This document shows, piece after piece, positions 13,987-33,164 of a stretch of DNA of 64,000 nucleotides (positions are counted from its first letter, which is position 1; each line of letters begins with the position of its first letter). The notes under the pieces are model-generated. The model saw only the letters and a list, made by a program, of their open reading frames with translations, made no database searches and had not been told where the DNA came from. Location: the NCBI RefSeq assembly GCF_009914755.1, contig NC_060944.1; one strand, 5' to 3'. The position numbers and the translations under genes were made by a program. Source of the DNA: the human T2T-CHM13v2.0 reference genome, Homo sapiens.

Positions 13987-14066
13987 GATACAGGTGTAGG
14001 TAAATCGAGTATTGTGTGGCGGTTTGTGGAAGACAGTTTTGATCCAAACATCAACCCAACAATAGG
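13987..14066 (+). CDS. RAB22A: RAB22A exon 2 (DTGVGKSSIVWRFVEDSFDPNINPTIG; P-loop and switch I)
   Basis: acceptor ctctttcag|GAT, donor AGG|gtaag; completes the GDTGVGKS Walker A motif; 80 nt. Confidence 0.98.
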
Positions 14067-14881
14067 GTAAGAGACTTTTATTTGATACACATCTAAAGGT
14101 GCATTGAAAATCCTTCCAAATACATAGTGTGTTACAGGTGTAGGCCCTGCGCTTTGTAGTCATTGAATTCTGAGTCGCTGGTTCGCATCATCTCTGGAAG
14201 GACTTGAAAGAGTCCAGTGAGGATCTGTGTATTTTAGGAAAATTATCTTCGGACTTGTTGGGGGTGAGAACTTCAAAATGCAAATATGAATTGGAGTTCT
14301 ACTAATTATTAGAACAGACACAGAAGCTTCGGTCTATAAATATCAACAGCAATTACACCTTGAAATAAGGCAGATGAAAATAGATCCTGGTGCTATTCTT
14401 TCAGGCATATCAAGTAAAAGACATTTAAATGGTTTTTGTCCTTCCTGAAAGTAGTAGGTTGAGATCTGAAGCCTTACACATTCCTGTACTGGTAGTAATA
14501 ATAAATTAATAAATTCATATTGAAATGGAAGGTTTTTTCAGTTCTCTGGTTCTATGGATAAGTAAAGTTGATTGTTCATATGTTTTTGACGCTATAAGAA
14601 AACTTTTCATTTTGCAATACTAATCCTTTGACTACATAAGAAGTTGTGTTTTATAGGCTTTAATATTATGTTAACCTTATAAAACTAAATAGGTGCTGTG
14701 CTCTAGTTTTAATCATCAAACCCTCAAATGGTTTCCAGCATTTAAAGAAAAAATCTATGTTATCCATCATTAGGATAAAATTGGCCTTTGTGCTCCATGC
14801 AGATCATTCTTTGACTAATAGAGAAATATTTTACAGCCCAGGAGAGAAACTGCCATAAGATTGTCCCCTGAGAAATTATGA

Positions 14882-15726
<845 letters not shown>

Positions 15727-16691
15727 GCCTATCTGCTTTTTTAAACCCTGTGGGTCTCCTACACATTTGAAGGCATGGGGATGAAATTCACCAATAAGTT
15801 TCTGCAATTAAAATGCTTTTCCGTGTCCTTTAAGAAAGAGCTGGGTATGACACATGTAAAACATGACCCCATCCTTCTCAGGGCCTGCCTGTCCCTACCT
15901 GCATGGGAAAGTGAAGTGTTGGGAAGTGACAGCAAGTACTGCTGGTGATTCAGTGAGTGATACACTTCACACTGAGTCAGAGCTGAAAACCTAAAATCCA
16001 CAAGACACCCAGACACCACCTTGGCTAGAAGTGCTCTCTCAAATAAGAAGAGAGAAAAGTGAAGGGTGTAGCTTCATGCATCTTGGTGAGGCAAGCCCCA
16101 TCCTGAGTGTCCACTGTTCCCTTTTTGCCAGTAGCTCCCAATCTGCCAGATGCCTGTGGCTCCTGAGCTGCCTCTAGTCCACTCTCTGCACCAGGAGATT
16201 TGGCTCACATTTTCACAGGGAAAATAGCATACAAGGCTTTCTCCTCATTTTCTTTCTTCTGCCTTTTTTTGTTTCTTTTTCCTCAGTTTTAGAAGGTGGC
16301 TTCCTCCTTTGTGACCAACCCCAAACATGCCCCTGAGCTCTGGAGCCCCACCTCTTCATGAGTTACCCTGTTTCTTCCTCAGCCCTATCATCTTGTCATA
16401 GCCTGCACACAGGTTCCGAATCCACCCCACTCCACCACAAGAGCACCCATTCCCCAACCTACTGCTCAGATGGTGGAACTCCTGAAAGAGAAGTTACCAC
16501 TTCCGCAACTGCTGCTCACTCCTCAGCCCTCCGTCATCTCAGCTCCTCCCTGCCATGCCACTAAAACCACCTTCCCCTGGTACCAGTTTCCATCTAATAG
16601 CCAAAGTCAAATGGCCTTTTCTTGGTAGTTTTCTTTATTCATAGAGTGCCTGCTATATGCCAGGTGCTAGACTGGGTGCTGGTGCCTAGAC

Positions 16692-16900
16692 CAGGGGTGG
16701 GCAAACTGTGGCCTTTTTGCCCGCCTCCTGCTTTTGTAAATAAAGAGTTACTGAAACAGTCACACCCAATTATTTACTTACTGTCTTGCTGCTTTGGGGC
16801 TACAATGACCAACTTGAATAGTTGCAACTAAGCCTTGATGGGCCACAAACCCAAAAATATTTGCTATCTGGTACTTTTCAGAGCAAGTTTGCTGACCCCG
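16692..16900 (+). mobile_element. MER58A-like hAT MITE
   Basis: TIRs caggggtgggcaaact / gtttgctgaccccg; 8-bp TSD gcctagac/atctagac. Confidence 0.85.
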
Positions 16901-16984
16901 ATCTAGACAAAATGGACTTCTGTCCTCGTAGACCTTACCTACAAGAAGCTACATTATGACTAGTGTACAGGAAATGATTTATTC

Positions 16985-17302
16985 TTTTTCTTTTTTTTTT
17001 TTTTGAGACTGAGTCTCTCTCTATTACCCAGGCTGGATTGTAATGACACGATCTCGGCTCACTGCAACCTCTGCCTCCCATGTTGAAGCGATTCTCCTGC
17101 CTCAGCCTCCCATATAGTTGGGACTATAGGCGCACATTTGGGAATCTGCCCGCCACAATGCCAAGCTAATTTTTGTATTTTGAGTAGAGACAGGGTTTCA
17201 CCATGTTGGCCAGGCTGTTCTCAAACACCTGACCTCAGGTAATCTGCCTGCCTTGGCCTCCCAAAATGCTGGGATTACAGGCATGAGCCACTGCGACCAG
17301 CC
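16985..17302 (-). mobile_element. AluS
   Basis: TSD gaaatgatttattc. Confidence 0.95.
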
Positions 17303-17357
17303 AGAAATGATTTATTCAACCCTTTTCTGTGCTATGAAGGAGAAATATGCAGTACTA

Positions 17358-18048
<691 letters not shown>

Positions 18049-20033
18049 TTACTGCAGAACACATCCCTGCTTCTCAGTTGAAGCTCCTCTGTCTTCTCTA
18101 GTTCCCTTCCTGCTTCATAACCGTGCTTTCTCACTGCAGTCTCCTGGCCTCTCATACTGATTTGATAAAAGCTGGTCTTCCCCAAGCTGTGTCCTGACTT
18201 CCCATGTTTCTCACCTCCCTCCGACACCTCACCTTCACCTGTATAATGTGACCTCCAAGCCCATGCCTCCAACCCATGATTTGCACCTAGTCTCCTACAG
18301 AACTCCGTCTTTGTTCCTCCTCCAGTCCTGCATACCTCACACGGTATCTGTGTTCTTCCCTAAGGGCTCGCCTGTGTCGTATCATGGGGAAGAGCATGGG
18401 CCTTGAAGAACCATGCTCCCTAGACTTAGGGCCTTGACTGTGTGCTAGCAGGGAGAATATCTGCGCAAGTGACAGGGTCACTCTTGTGGAGGTTGGGGCG
18501 GGGGGGTCATAGCCCTGCCTACCTTATAGGGAGTTTTAGGAGAATTCCGTGACTCCATACACAGAGTGGGCATAGGAAGTGTGCAGTAAATGGTGGTGGT
18601 GTGTAGTGGTACTGTCATCATATCCCTCTTCACCCCACCCCCAGCCCAATCCCCAAACCCCATTCATATCCATTTAAGAAAGGGCCCTCTGGGACTCCTT
18701 CCCATCCTCACATCTGAGCCCTCATCCTATCTTGCCGGGGCTATTGAGCTGATTTCAGAACCAGTTATTCTGTGGCCTGGCTCTGCCACTTGGAGTCAGT
18801 TCTCCTCATTGTTGCTGTGTGAGCTTCATTAAAGACAAGTTTGATCCCCTCAGTGAAAACCACGGCAGAGGAACCCTTCCCTAGCCCGGGCCCAGCCTCA
18901 TCTCTCCTGTGCTTCCTCCATGTTTTTGTTGCTCACTTCCTCCCCAGCACACACCAAGCAGCACCCGTTCCACACCTGGGTTTTTGGCACATGCTATTCT
19001 CTCTCAGGGCCCTTTCTTTTCCTTGTCTCCTTGGCAAATTCCTGATTGTCTGTGCAAACTCAGGTACATGTTAGTGGCTCTAAAAGTTGCAGACTCCAGG
19101 GTCAGCAAAGGCCAGGCAAAGAATGTAAATGGGAGATGGACCAGGTAGAAACACTGGAGGGAGGCTCTCAGGCATGAACTGCCCAGAATTCCTGCCCTCC
19201 CTGCACCAGGTCCCCTCGTTCATCTTCTCACCTCCAGGGACACTTTGCTTCGGTCTCCTTCGGCCTTGTCATCCCTTTGTATGTCCAGATCCCAGGGTTC
19301 TGAGGTAGACTCCTGCCCATTTGCATTTTGTCTCCTCTTGCTTGATGTCATGTGACTCCAGTTGCAACCACAGCAGGGATTTTCAAAGCTGAGGCTTTTT
19401 TTCAGACATGCATGTCTCTGGTCCCTCTTCCAGGATTCCAGGAACCCCCTTCCTCTACACTACACATACGCTGTAAGAAGAGGAGGCCCCCATTAAAATC
19501 ACCACCGTAGTGAGCCATTGTGTAGTGAGCCTATTGTGTTCCTCAAGTGTGCTAGAGTAGAAGATTGGCTCCCTGCACGTGGGTGAGTCCTACTGCAGCA
19601 GCACCAAATTCCCTCTTAAGCTCTAGACCTGCAGATTCTGCTCACCATAGAGCCTGTGCCCACAGGTGGCCCATAGACACCTAGGGACTGTCCATGTATG
19701 TCACTGAGCTCGTGAACTCTCTCTCAGAGGCTTGGATCTCTCCTCCTCTTTCCATGGACCTTGGGGTAGAGGAAAGGACCAACTGTCCTCAGGTACTCAA
19801 GCCAGCAACCTCAGCATCCTTCTCAAATCCCTCCTAACTCACCATCTCCTCCCCTCAGCCAGTGGTAAGTCACTCGCTCCTGTCCAAGCCACCTCCCAAA
19901 TATCCCTCCTTCTCTATTGCTGTTATATGACTTCTAGGGCTTCATCTTCCTTCATGGAGGTGAGACATGGACTCTAGACTTTGATTAGATCACAGCTCTG
20001 CCACTTGCTAGCTAGTTAACCCTGGGCAGTTTA

Positions 20034-20411
<378 letters not shown>

Positions 20412-20469
20412 TAGGAGAATTCCAAGAGAGGTGTATTTAAAATGCTTAGGAAAGTACCATGGATACTAG

Positions 20470-20783
<314 letters not shown>

Positions 20784-20791
20784 TATTATTC

Positions 20792-21103
20792 TTTTTTAAT
20801 TTTTTATTTCTATTTTTTAGAGACAGGGTCTTGTTCTGTCACCCAGGCTGAGGGACACTTTGAGCTCAGTGCAGCATCAAACTCCTAAGCTCAAGCGATC
20901 TTCTTGGCTCAGCCTCCTGAGTAGCTAGGACAACAATAGCACGAGCAGTACGCATCACCATGCCTTGCTAATTCTTTTTATTTCTTGTAGAGATGAGGTC
21001 TCACTGCATTGCCCAGGCTGGTCTCGAACTCTTCACCTCAAGTGATCCTCCTGCCTTGGCCTCCCAAAGTGCTAGGATTAGGCATGAGCCACAGCATTTT
21101 GCC
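20792..21103 (-). mobile_element. AluJ
   Basis: diverged antisense dimer. Confidence 0.85.
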
Positions 21104-21318
21104 TATTCTTTTGTAAATGTTTAAATCTTTTTAAAATTTTAAAATTATTTGTATCAAAGCAATGTGTATATGGTTTTTAAAACCTGAAATAGTGTTACGA
21201 GGCTAAGTGTTGTATAACAGTGCCCTACTCTGAGCCATTCCCTGGAGGCTTACTGTTGCCTTCACATTTAGCTATTCTTTCTAATTTTTTCTCCAAATTT
21301 TTTCGTAACATGCATGCA

Positions 21319-21555
21319 CAGGTTGAGTATCCCAAATACAAAATGCTCCAAAATCTAAAACTTTTTGAGCAACAGTATGACACTCACAGGAAATGCCCAT
21401 TGGAGTATTTTGGATTTTTGGATTTGAAATGCTGAACTGATATAATGCAAATATTCCAAATTCTGAAAAATTCCTAAATCAGAAACCCTTCTTTTTTTTT
21501 TTCCAAAATCGGAAACACTTCTGGTCAGCATTTCAGATAAGGGGTACTCAGCATG
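21319..21555 (+). mobile_element. Tigger4/MER46-like TcMar MITE
   Basis: TIRs caggttgagtatccc / ggggtactcagcatg followed by TA. Confidence 0.8.
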
Positions 21556-23680
21556 TACTGGTAGTTGTTGATCCCTCTCTCCTCCCCGCCTCCTGTTTAA
21601 GGCAGTATCTACTGATTCTTTTTCTTTGGAAGATGGGAATTTTGCCATCCTCCTCCTCCCACCTCCTTGTGCACATTTGCCCTCCCTCCATCTTTCCATT
21701 AAAGTTCTCTCATTGGGAGTCAATGTGCCATAGTGTTCAGAGCCAGGCTGTCTGCCTTCACCTCCCAGCTCTAGCACTTAGTTGCTCTGTGGCATTGGAC
21801 AAGTTATTTAACTTTTTTGTGCCTACATTTGCACATTTGGGAATCCTCCTTGGCATCTAATCTGTAGGGTTGTTGTGAAATTGAATTCAAACACATAAAA
21901 ATTGCTTAGAATGGTGTATGTCGTATGGAAAGCATTTGTTATTTCTTAGCAAATGACAAAATTAAATTTTAAAAGGTTATTTTTTAATCTCCCACTATGG
22001 TTTTGAACTTTATATAAATGGAATTAGTATACACACACACATACATGTCATTTGTTTCTAGGATGATTAGACTGACATATGGAAAAAAAAAAGATTCTTG
22101 ACCCTTACCTCACAAAGTAAACGAGTAGAAACAGATCACAGACCAAAATTTAATAAGGCTATAAAAGTTCTAGAACAACATTGGACATATAGGACACACC
22201 AAAAAACAAAGCATAAAAAGAAGCTGGAGTTGATCAAAATTAAACATTTTTGTTGAATTCAGCATTTGTTGAATTAAATCACCTTGGCACCTATGAGTTT
22301 ATATATGTGTATGGGTGTATTTCTGGATTTCCTTTTCTGTCCCATTGGTCTATTCATCTGTCCTCAAGCCAGTACAATATTGTGTTCATTGCTGTAGATG
22401 TATAGAAAGTCTTGGAATCAGATAGTGTATGTCATCTAATTCTATTCTTGTTTTTCATGTCTGGCTCCTCTGGGTCTTTTGCATTTCTATATAAATTTTA
22501 GAATCACAGTGCCCAGTTCCTCAAAAGAGCCAGGTGAGATCTTGATTGGGAACACATTGAATCTCTTGACCAATTTGGGAAGAATTGTCATCTTAACACT
22601 ATTCCATTTTTGATCCAGGAACATGATATATTCACCGTTAATGTAGGTCTTTTACCATTCATTCAGTCTTTTACCATTCAATTTGATGGCTGTCTCTAGG
22701 TCTTTTATAAATGCCATTATCAGGTTGAAGATGTTCCCTTCTATTCCTGAATTAATGAGATTTTTTGTCATGAATTGTGTTGAATTTTATTAGATGGTAT
22801 TTTACATATTTTGAGCTGTTCATATTCTTTTTCTTTCTGTTAAAATGGTGCATTACAACCATTGAGAGTTTAATACTGAAATATTAAACCAATCTGGCAC
22901 TCCTAAAATAAATTTCTCTTGGTCATTATGCATTATTATTTTTTATATATTGCTGGATTTGATTTACTAAAATTTTTTCAAGGATTTTTCTCTCCATGTA
23001 GTTTTCTGTAATAGTCTTTCTCTAGTTCTGGTGTCAGGACCTCATCAAATGAGTTGAGGAATGTCTTCTCTTCTACTTTTTTGGAAGAGTTTGTGTAGAA
23101 TTGGTATTACGTCTTCCTTAAAGTTTTGGTAGAATTCACAGATGAAACCATCTGAGCAGGGAGTTTTCTTTGTCTGAAAATATGTAACTGCAGATTCAAT
23201 TCCTTTAGTAAATACTGTAAAGGCTTATTCAGGCAACTATTTCTTCTTGAGTAAGTTGGTAGTTGTGTCCTTCAAGGAATTTGTTCATCGTATCTCTGTT
23301 TTTTTTAATTTATTGGCATAAAGTTGTTTATAATATCCACTTCTTATCCTTTTAATGTTTTGGGATCTGTAGCAATACCCCCCTTCCATTTTTGATAGTG
23401 CTGATTTGAGCCTTCTCACTTCTTTTTCTGAACTGTCCAGCTATAAGTTTATCAATTTTATTCGTCTTCTCAAAGAACCAGTTTTTGTTATCTGAGCATT
23501 TAGAACTGTAAATTTCCCTTTAAGTGATGGTTTAGGTGAATTTCATGGATTTTGATATGTTGTGTTTTCATTTTCATTTAGTTGCCCCTGTCATTTCTCT
23601 TGTGACTTCTTTGAGCATTGGTGTCTTAGAAATATATTTTCTAATTCCCAATTCTTTGGGTATTTTCCAGAAATTTTTCA

Positions 23681-24337
<657 letters not shown>

Positions 24338-24714
24338 TCAGTATTATTTCAAACCTTTTATATCTGACATTTGTTTCCTAGCCTAAGATGTGGTCTGTCT
24401 TTGTGAATGTTCCATGTGCACTAGTAAAGAATGTGCATTCCGCTACTGATGTGTGGAGTATTCTGTAAACGTTAATTAGCTCATTTAATAGCACTGCTCC
24501 TATCTCCAGTGTTTTTACTAACTTTTTTCTCTTATTTTGCAGTAAAAGAGTATTTGAAGCAGCTCTAATTAAAGATTTGTCTATTTCTGTTTTTAATCAG
24601 GTTTTGCTTCATGTTTCGAAGCTTTCGTTATTGAGTGTATATGCATGTAGCATTGTTTTTATATATTTTTATATAACATACATGTCATATGTATTATATA
24701 TATTATATGTATGA

Positions 24715-25035
<321 letters not shown>

Positions 25036-26554
25036 CGTCATTGTTAGATTTTCTTGATGACCCTTTTACAAACGTCATGAAATGTCTCTCTTTTGTCCCT
25101 GGTAAGAGTGCCGTTCTGAATTCTACTTGGTCTGATATTAATTTAAGCTCTTTGGCATTCTATTTGATTATCTCTTCCCATGCATTTACATTTAACCTAT
25201 TTATAGCTGTATTTTTCAAGTGCCTTTCTTGTAGATAGAATTATAGGCTCTGCTTTTATATCTAATCTGACAGTCTCTGCCTTTTAATTATTTAGACCTC
25301 CACGGTCTAGTACAGTTGCTACTAGCCACATGTTAAAATTAAAAATTCAAATCTTCAGTCATATTAGCTACATTTCAATCCTCATAACAAATTTCTGTTG
25401 TATAGCACTGATTTACATCATTTTTATTTATTATGACTGTCAATATTATTTGGTTTAAAACTACCATCTTGCTTTATTTTTCTCTTGGCCCCATGTTAAT
25501 GATTCCATTGTATTTCCACTATTATCTTGTTTACCTCTTTGTTTTTATTATTTTAATGATTTGCTAGAATTTATAATATCCTTCTTTGATATATCAGTCT
25601 GTGTTCAAATAATAACAGTTTCACATATAAGAACCTCGCAAGAGCGTCCTTCTGTTTCCCTTCTCCCAGGCTTTGTGCTGCTGTGGTCATATTTTACTTC
25701 TACATGTTATGAAATCACAACACACTTATTTTTTTTGCATTAAATGACCTTTCAAAGAGACCATTAGTCTTTTTTTTCTATCCTTGTGCCATTGTCACGA
25801 TTTCTAATTTTTTTTCATACTAAGTCTTACTGTCCAGTGGTGTGAATTTTCTGTGTTGTTCTTCAGCAATGTCTTGGCTGTTCTTGACCTGTTTCAATAT
25901 AAACATTAAAATCATCTTGTCCTTTTTCACTCACACCAACACGCTAATCCCTACTGTGTTTTTGATTGGCCTTGTGTTGAATATATAAATTGATCTGGAG
26001 AGAAATGGTATCTTTATAATACTGAATCTTCTAATATATGAACATAGATTACTCTTTCATATATATTAGGATTCTTGAGTTTCTCTCAGTGTTTTTTTTC
26101 TACTTCTCTGTGTTATGGACTTGGACATCTTTCCAAGGGGTTTGATATGTTTAGTGCAGTTTTATGCTGTTAATATGGTAAATGGCATTGTTTTGAAATT
26201 TTCATTTTCTTTTTATTTGTTGATTATATACAGAAATACGACTTTTAAAAATTGAAGTTATATCCAGTAACCTTGCTGAATTTATTCACTAATTTATAGA
26301 GCTTATCTCTATACATTATTTTTTTGTGTTCTCTGTATACTTTTATATCACCTGGGAATTAGTTTTTTTAATCTTTATTCTAATTCTTAAACATTTTACT
26401 TATTCTATGAGATCAGGTAGGAACTCTAGTTCAATGTTCAATAGAAATGGTAATACTAGGTATTATCCTAATCTTAGGGGGTAGCTTCTACCATCATACC
26501 ATTATGTTTGCTATAGGTTTTTTGTACATATTCCTATCACATTACAAACGTGCC

Positions 26555-26712
26555 CTTTTTTTTTTCTTTTTTTTTCTTTTTTTTTTTCTTTTAAGAGACA
26601 TGGTGTCACTATGTTGTTCGGGATAGATTTGAACACCTGGGCTCAAGTGATCCTCCTGCCTCAACCTCCAGAGTAGCTGGGAGTACTGTAGATTGACACC
26701 ACCATGCCCAGC
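26555..26712 (-). mobile_element. Alu monomer (FLAM-like)
   Basis: single antisense arm with poly-T. Confidence 0.8.
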
Positions 26713-27526
26713 AGAAGCACCTTTATTTTGTTTGCTGGGATCTTTGATTTTTTTTTTAACATAATGTTGACTTTATCAAAATATTTTTCTACATGTATTT
26801 GGCTAATCACATAATTATACTCTTTTATGTTAATGTGGTAAATTATATCATTAAATTTTCATGGAATAAATACACTTAGGTCAGGACATGTTATTTTTAT
26901 TAAATACATATCACTGGCTTTAATTAGTTATTATTTTTTAGAATTTTTATGTATGTTTATAAATGGAGACTATCATATAAATACTTTTTTATAATGTGCA
27001 TGTCAGATTTGGCATCAGTGCTGTGCTTGCCTGATAAAACTGGTTGAGAAACTTCTGTGGAAGAGACTGTATAAAATTGCTCTTATTCCTTCCTTAAGTG
27101 ATGAGTAAAATTCATCAGTGTTGCCATCTGGGCTTCAAGTTCTTCTTGTATGATAGTCTGATTAGAGAGTCAGTTTCTTTCACAGTTGTAAGGTTGTTGA
27201 TACTCAGATTTTCTATTTCTCTTGTATTGGTTTTAATACATTGGGGTTTTTTTTTTAAGGATTTTGACTCTTTCATATACGTTTTCCAATTTATTGACAT
27301 AAAGATGTTAAGATTCTATACGGAGACCCCGTTTTCATTTCTGATATTAGTTTTGCCTTTGATCAACTCTATGATATGTCTCTTCCCTGTTTCACTAATT
27401 TCTACTCCCATCTTTATTATTTTTGTCCTTATTCAATATGCTGTTCCTTTTCTAACTTCTTGAGATAGACAGTTGTCACTGATTTTCAGTCCTCCTCGGT
27501 TGTATTCCTTGTATCTTAAAACTTTA

Positions 27527-28132
<606 letters not shown>

Positions 28133-28135
28133 TTA

Positions 28136-28537
<402 letters not shown>

Positions 28538-29963
28538 CTAAATGCCTTTTCTATGTATGTCTCTCGGTTTCCAAACAGGGATATCTTCTAGTTAACTTTT
28601 TGTTAATGATTATTGACATAATTGTTTTGAGGTGAGAGAACATATTTTGTATGATATAAATCCTTGGAAGTCTGGTACTGTTTGCTATGTGGATCAGCGT
28701 ATAGTCCATCCTGGTAAATGTTCCATGTTTATTTGAAAAGGTTGTATTCTCTACAGCTGTTAGTGCTGTGTTCTCTGAATGGAATTAGGTCGAGTTTACT
28801 AATCATGTTCATTTTTTCTGTTGTCTTTGCTGGGTTTTTGGCCTACCTGCCTTTATAAGTTACTAAGAGGAATGAGTTAAATCTGTCACTATGGTTGTAA
28901 ATTTATTTCTCCTTTTCATTCTATCACTTTTGCTTTATTTTGCACCTACATTCCATACATACAGATTTAGAATTTAATATCTTACTGATAAAGCAAACCT
29001 TGTAACATTGTGAAATATATTCTTTAGTTCTAGGAATGTGTTTTGCCTTGTCAGCGTTTGCATGGTGGATCTTTTTCCTGTTTTGTTTTTTTTTAACTTT
29101 CTGTATGTTTATATTTAAGGTAGGTCTCTTGTAAGCAGCTTATGATTTGATTTTGATAACGTAGATTCCATATAAGTACCATCCACCTTAATCAAAATGC
29201 AGAAATTTGCATCACCTCAGAAAGTTCCCTCTGTGAATCATACTCTCCATAAGCACCACCATTGCTTATGGGGAGTTGATTTTAATCAATATAGATAAAT
29301 TTCCCTATTCTTGAATTTTACATAAATGCAATAACACAGTATATAATCTTTGGTGTCTTGATTTCTTTTTCATGAAATAATGTTTTGCGGATTTAACCTT
29401 GTTGCATGTCCCAGAGTTTTTTGTTTGTTTGTTTTGTTTTGTTTTTTATTAAACTGAGGAGTGATATTCTCTTATATGGATAGACCATAATTTGTCTATT
29501 CCTCCCCCTAGTTGAGGACATCCAAGTTCCAGTTTTTGACTATTATGAATATACATGCTATGAACATTCTTTTAAGGTTTTTTTGTGGACATAGGTTTTC
29601 ATTTCCTTTGGGAACTAGAGTAGAATTGATAGTTGGTAGGGTAGATGCTTCTATAACTTAATATGGAGTCTTGTAGACTCCTTAGTATTATTTACATACA
29701 CAATCATGTTGTATGAAAATAAAGGCTGACTTCTTCCTTTCCTTCTAGTTTTTTCCATGCCTTGTTGCACAGGCTAGGACCTCTGTTACCATACTGAATA
29801 AGTGGTGAGAGCCAACATCCTTACCTTTTCCCAATGTTAGGGGGAAAACATTCAGTATTGTACCAGTAAGTTTGATGTTAGTTATAGGTTGCCAATTTTT
29901 AGGATGAGGAAGTTTTCTTGTGTTTCTGGTTTGCTGAGAGTTTTTATCAAGAATGGGTCTTGT

Positions 29964-30081
29964 GGCCGGGCACAGTCGCTTATACCTGTAATCCTAACAC
30001 TCTGGAAGGCCAATGTGGGAGGAACGCTTGAGACCAGTGTGGGCAATATAGTGAGACCCTGTCTCCAAAAAAACAAAAAAA
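29964..30081 (+). mobile_element. Alu left monomer (FLAM-like)
   Basis: TSD gaat(g/a)ggtcttg. Confidence 0.8.
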
Positions 30082-30169
30082 TTGAATAGGTCTTGAATTT
30101 TGTCTTGATATTTTTTGCATCTATTTAGATTATTTTGTTTTTCTCTTATGTTAATATGGTGGGTTACAG

Positions 30170-30640
30170 TATTAAATATTGCTAAGTAACAAATCGTCCC
30201 AGTATTTACCTGCCTGAAACAACAAACATTTGTTATCTCACATTTTCTGTGTATCAGGAATCCAAGTGGCCTAGCTCATATGGTTCTGTCCCACTCTGAT
30301 GGTGTTGCAATCAAGATGTCAGGCAGGGCTGCAGTTATCTGAAGGATCCTCTTCCAGCAAGGCTCACTCACATGGCTGTTGGCTGGAGGCCTCAGTTCCA
30401 CAGTTCTTTGCCCTTTGAGCCTCTCCATAGGGCTGCTTGAGTGTCCTCACAACAAAGTAGCTAACTTTCCACAGAGCAAATGATTCAAGAGAAAGAGCAA
30501 GGAAGAATTTGCAGTGCCTTTCGTGACCTACTTTTGGGAGTCATCTACCATGGCTTCTGTTCAGAAGGGAGTTACTAAACCAATCCCAAACTCAAGGGAG
30601 TAGGGAATAACCTCCATGCTTGAAAGTAAGAGTATCCAAA
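30170..30640 (-). mobile_element. MLT1 (F/G-like) solo LTR
   Basis: gtaacaaat..aaacaacaaacatttgttatctcac..ggctcactcacatggctgttggctggaggcctcagttcc. Confidence 0.75.
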
Positions 30641-30699
30641 AAAAAGAGTGAATTACATTAATTGAATTTCAAAAGTTTAACTTATTTTATAGCATTATC

Positions 30700-31470
<771 letters not shown>

Positions 31471-31975
31471 TTTAAAATGATGGCTATTTTACTGTATTTC
31501 CCGCCGCCCCCCACAATGTCATTTAAAGACAACTGGCTATTTGAGGTTTAAAAAAAGATGATAACATTGTGTTGTGGATGCCCTCTTCACAGGATCTAGG
31601 ATTTCCCAAACCAGCCCTAGCTCTCTTTTCCTCCCTACTTAGGTAGTCCTTACTTTAGTCAGGCTTTGATACACTGCTCTGGGCACCATGGCTCCCTTCC
31701 ACCTTCCATACTCAAGAATACCTACCTGCTTGGCCTACCTACTAGCAACTCTTGGGCTAAATAATTGTTCAAAAAAAAGACCAGGAAGAAAGGAGGAAGA
31801 GCAAAAGTAGTTTTATTTTACACACATATTAGCATTACCATTGCTCTTCATTCCTTCCTGTAGAATTGAGTTTTCATCTGATGACATTTACCGATGGTCT
31901 AAAGAATTTCTTTGAGCATTTCATGTATTCAGGGCTGGTGACAAGATCGCCTCGGTATTTGTTTACCTAGGGTAA

Positions 31976-32292
<317 letters not shown>

Positions 32293-32818
32293 GCATACTC
32301 ACTTTTGAGGTATGTTTTTGCTAGATGTAGATTTCAGTTGTTTTTTCTTTCAGCACTTTACTGTGTCATTCTGTTTTATCCTGGCCTTCGTTGTTTTTGT
32401 TGAGTGGCGTCATCCTCCTTCATATTGTTACCCTATATGTAATGCCTTTTCATTCTCTGGCTGCTCTTAAGACCTATTCTTTATCTTTTGTTTTCAGTAA
32501 TTTACTTTAATATGCTAAATGTGTAATATACTCTGGGTTCACTGCGTTTCTTAGATCTGAAATTTGATTAGTTTTACAAAATTTGGGACATTTGCATCCA
32601 AATTGTTTTAAGTATCTGTTTTGCACCATTCTCTTGGTCCTCTTATGGGATTCCAATTGTATGTATGTTAAACTGCTAGATATTATACCACAGGCCATGG
32701 AGGCTCTGAGTTTGTGTCCTTTTCCCTACCCCCATCTTTTTCTCTCTATTCTTAACAATCACATAATTTCTCTTGATCTGTCTTTATCTTAGTTGATTCC
32801 TCTACAGTGTCTCCAAAT

Positions 32819-33164
32819 CTGTTGGCCCTCTTTAGTCATGGGTTTCACATCCAGGGGTTCCACCAACCACAGATTGAAAGTATCTGGGGGGGAAGAGTCT
32901 GTATATGTACTAAACATGTACTAAACATATATACAGACTTTTTTTTCTTGTCATTATTCCCTAAATGATAAAGCAACTATTTACTTAGCTTTTACAGTGT
33001 ATTAGGTATTGTAAGTAATCTAGAGATGACTTAAAGTATATGAGAGGATACATGTAGGTTATATGCAAATGCTATATCATTTTATACAACAGTTGTGAGT
33101 ATTTGCAAATTTTTATTCGTGGGGGGTCCTGAAACCAGTCCCCTGCGGATACTGAAGGATGACT
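32819..33164 (-). mobile_element. MER2-like TcMar-Tigger MITE inside an antisense L1 ORF1 region (~31800-33950)
   Basis: gttggccctc...gtattaggtattgtaagtaatctagagatg...gatactgaaggatgact. Confidence 0.75.
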
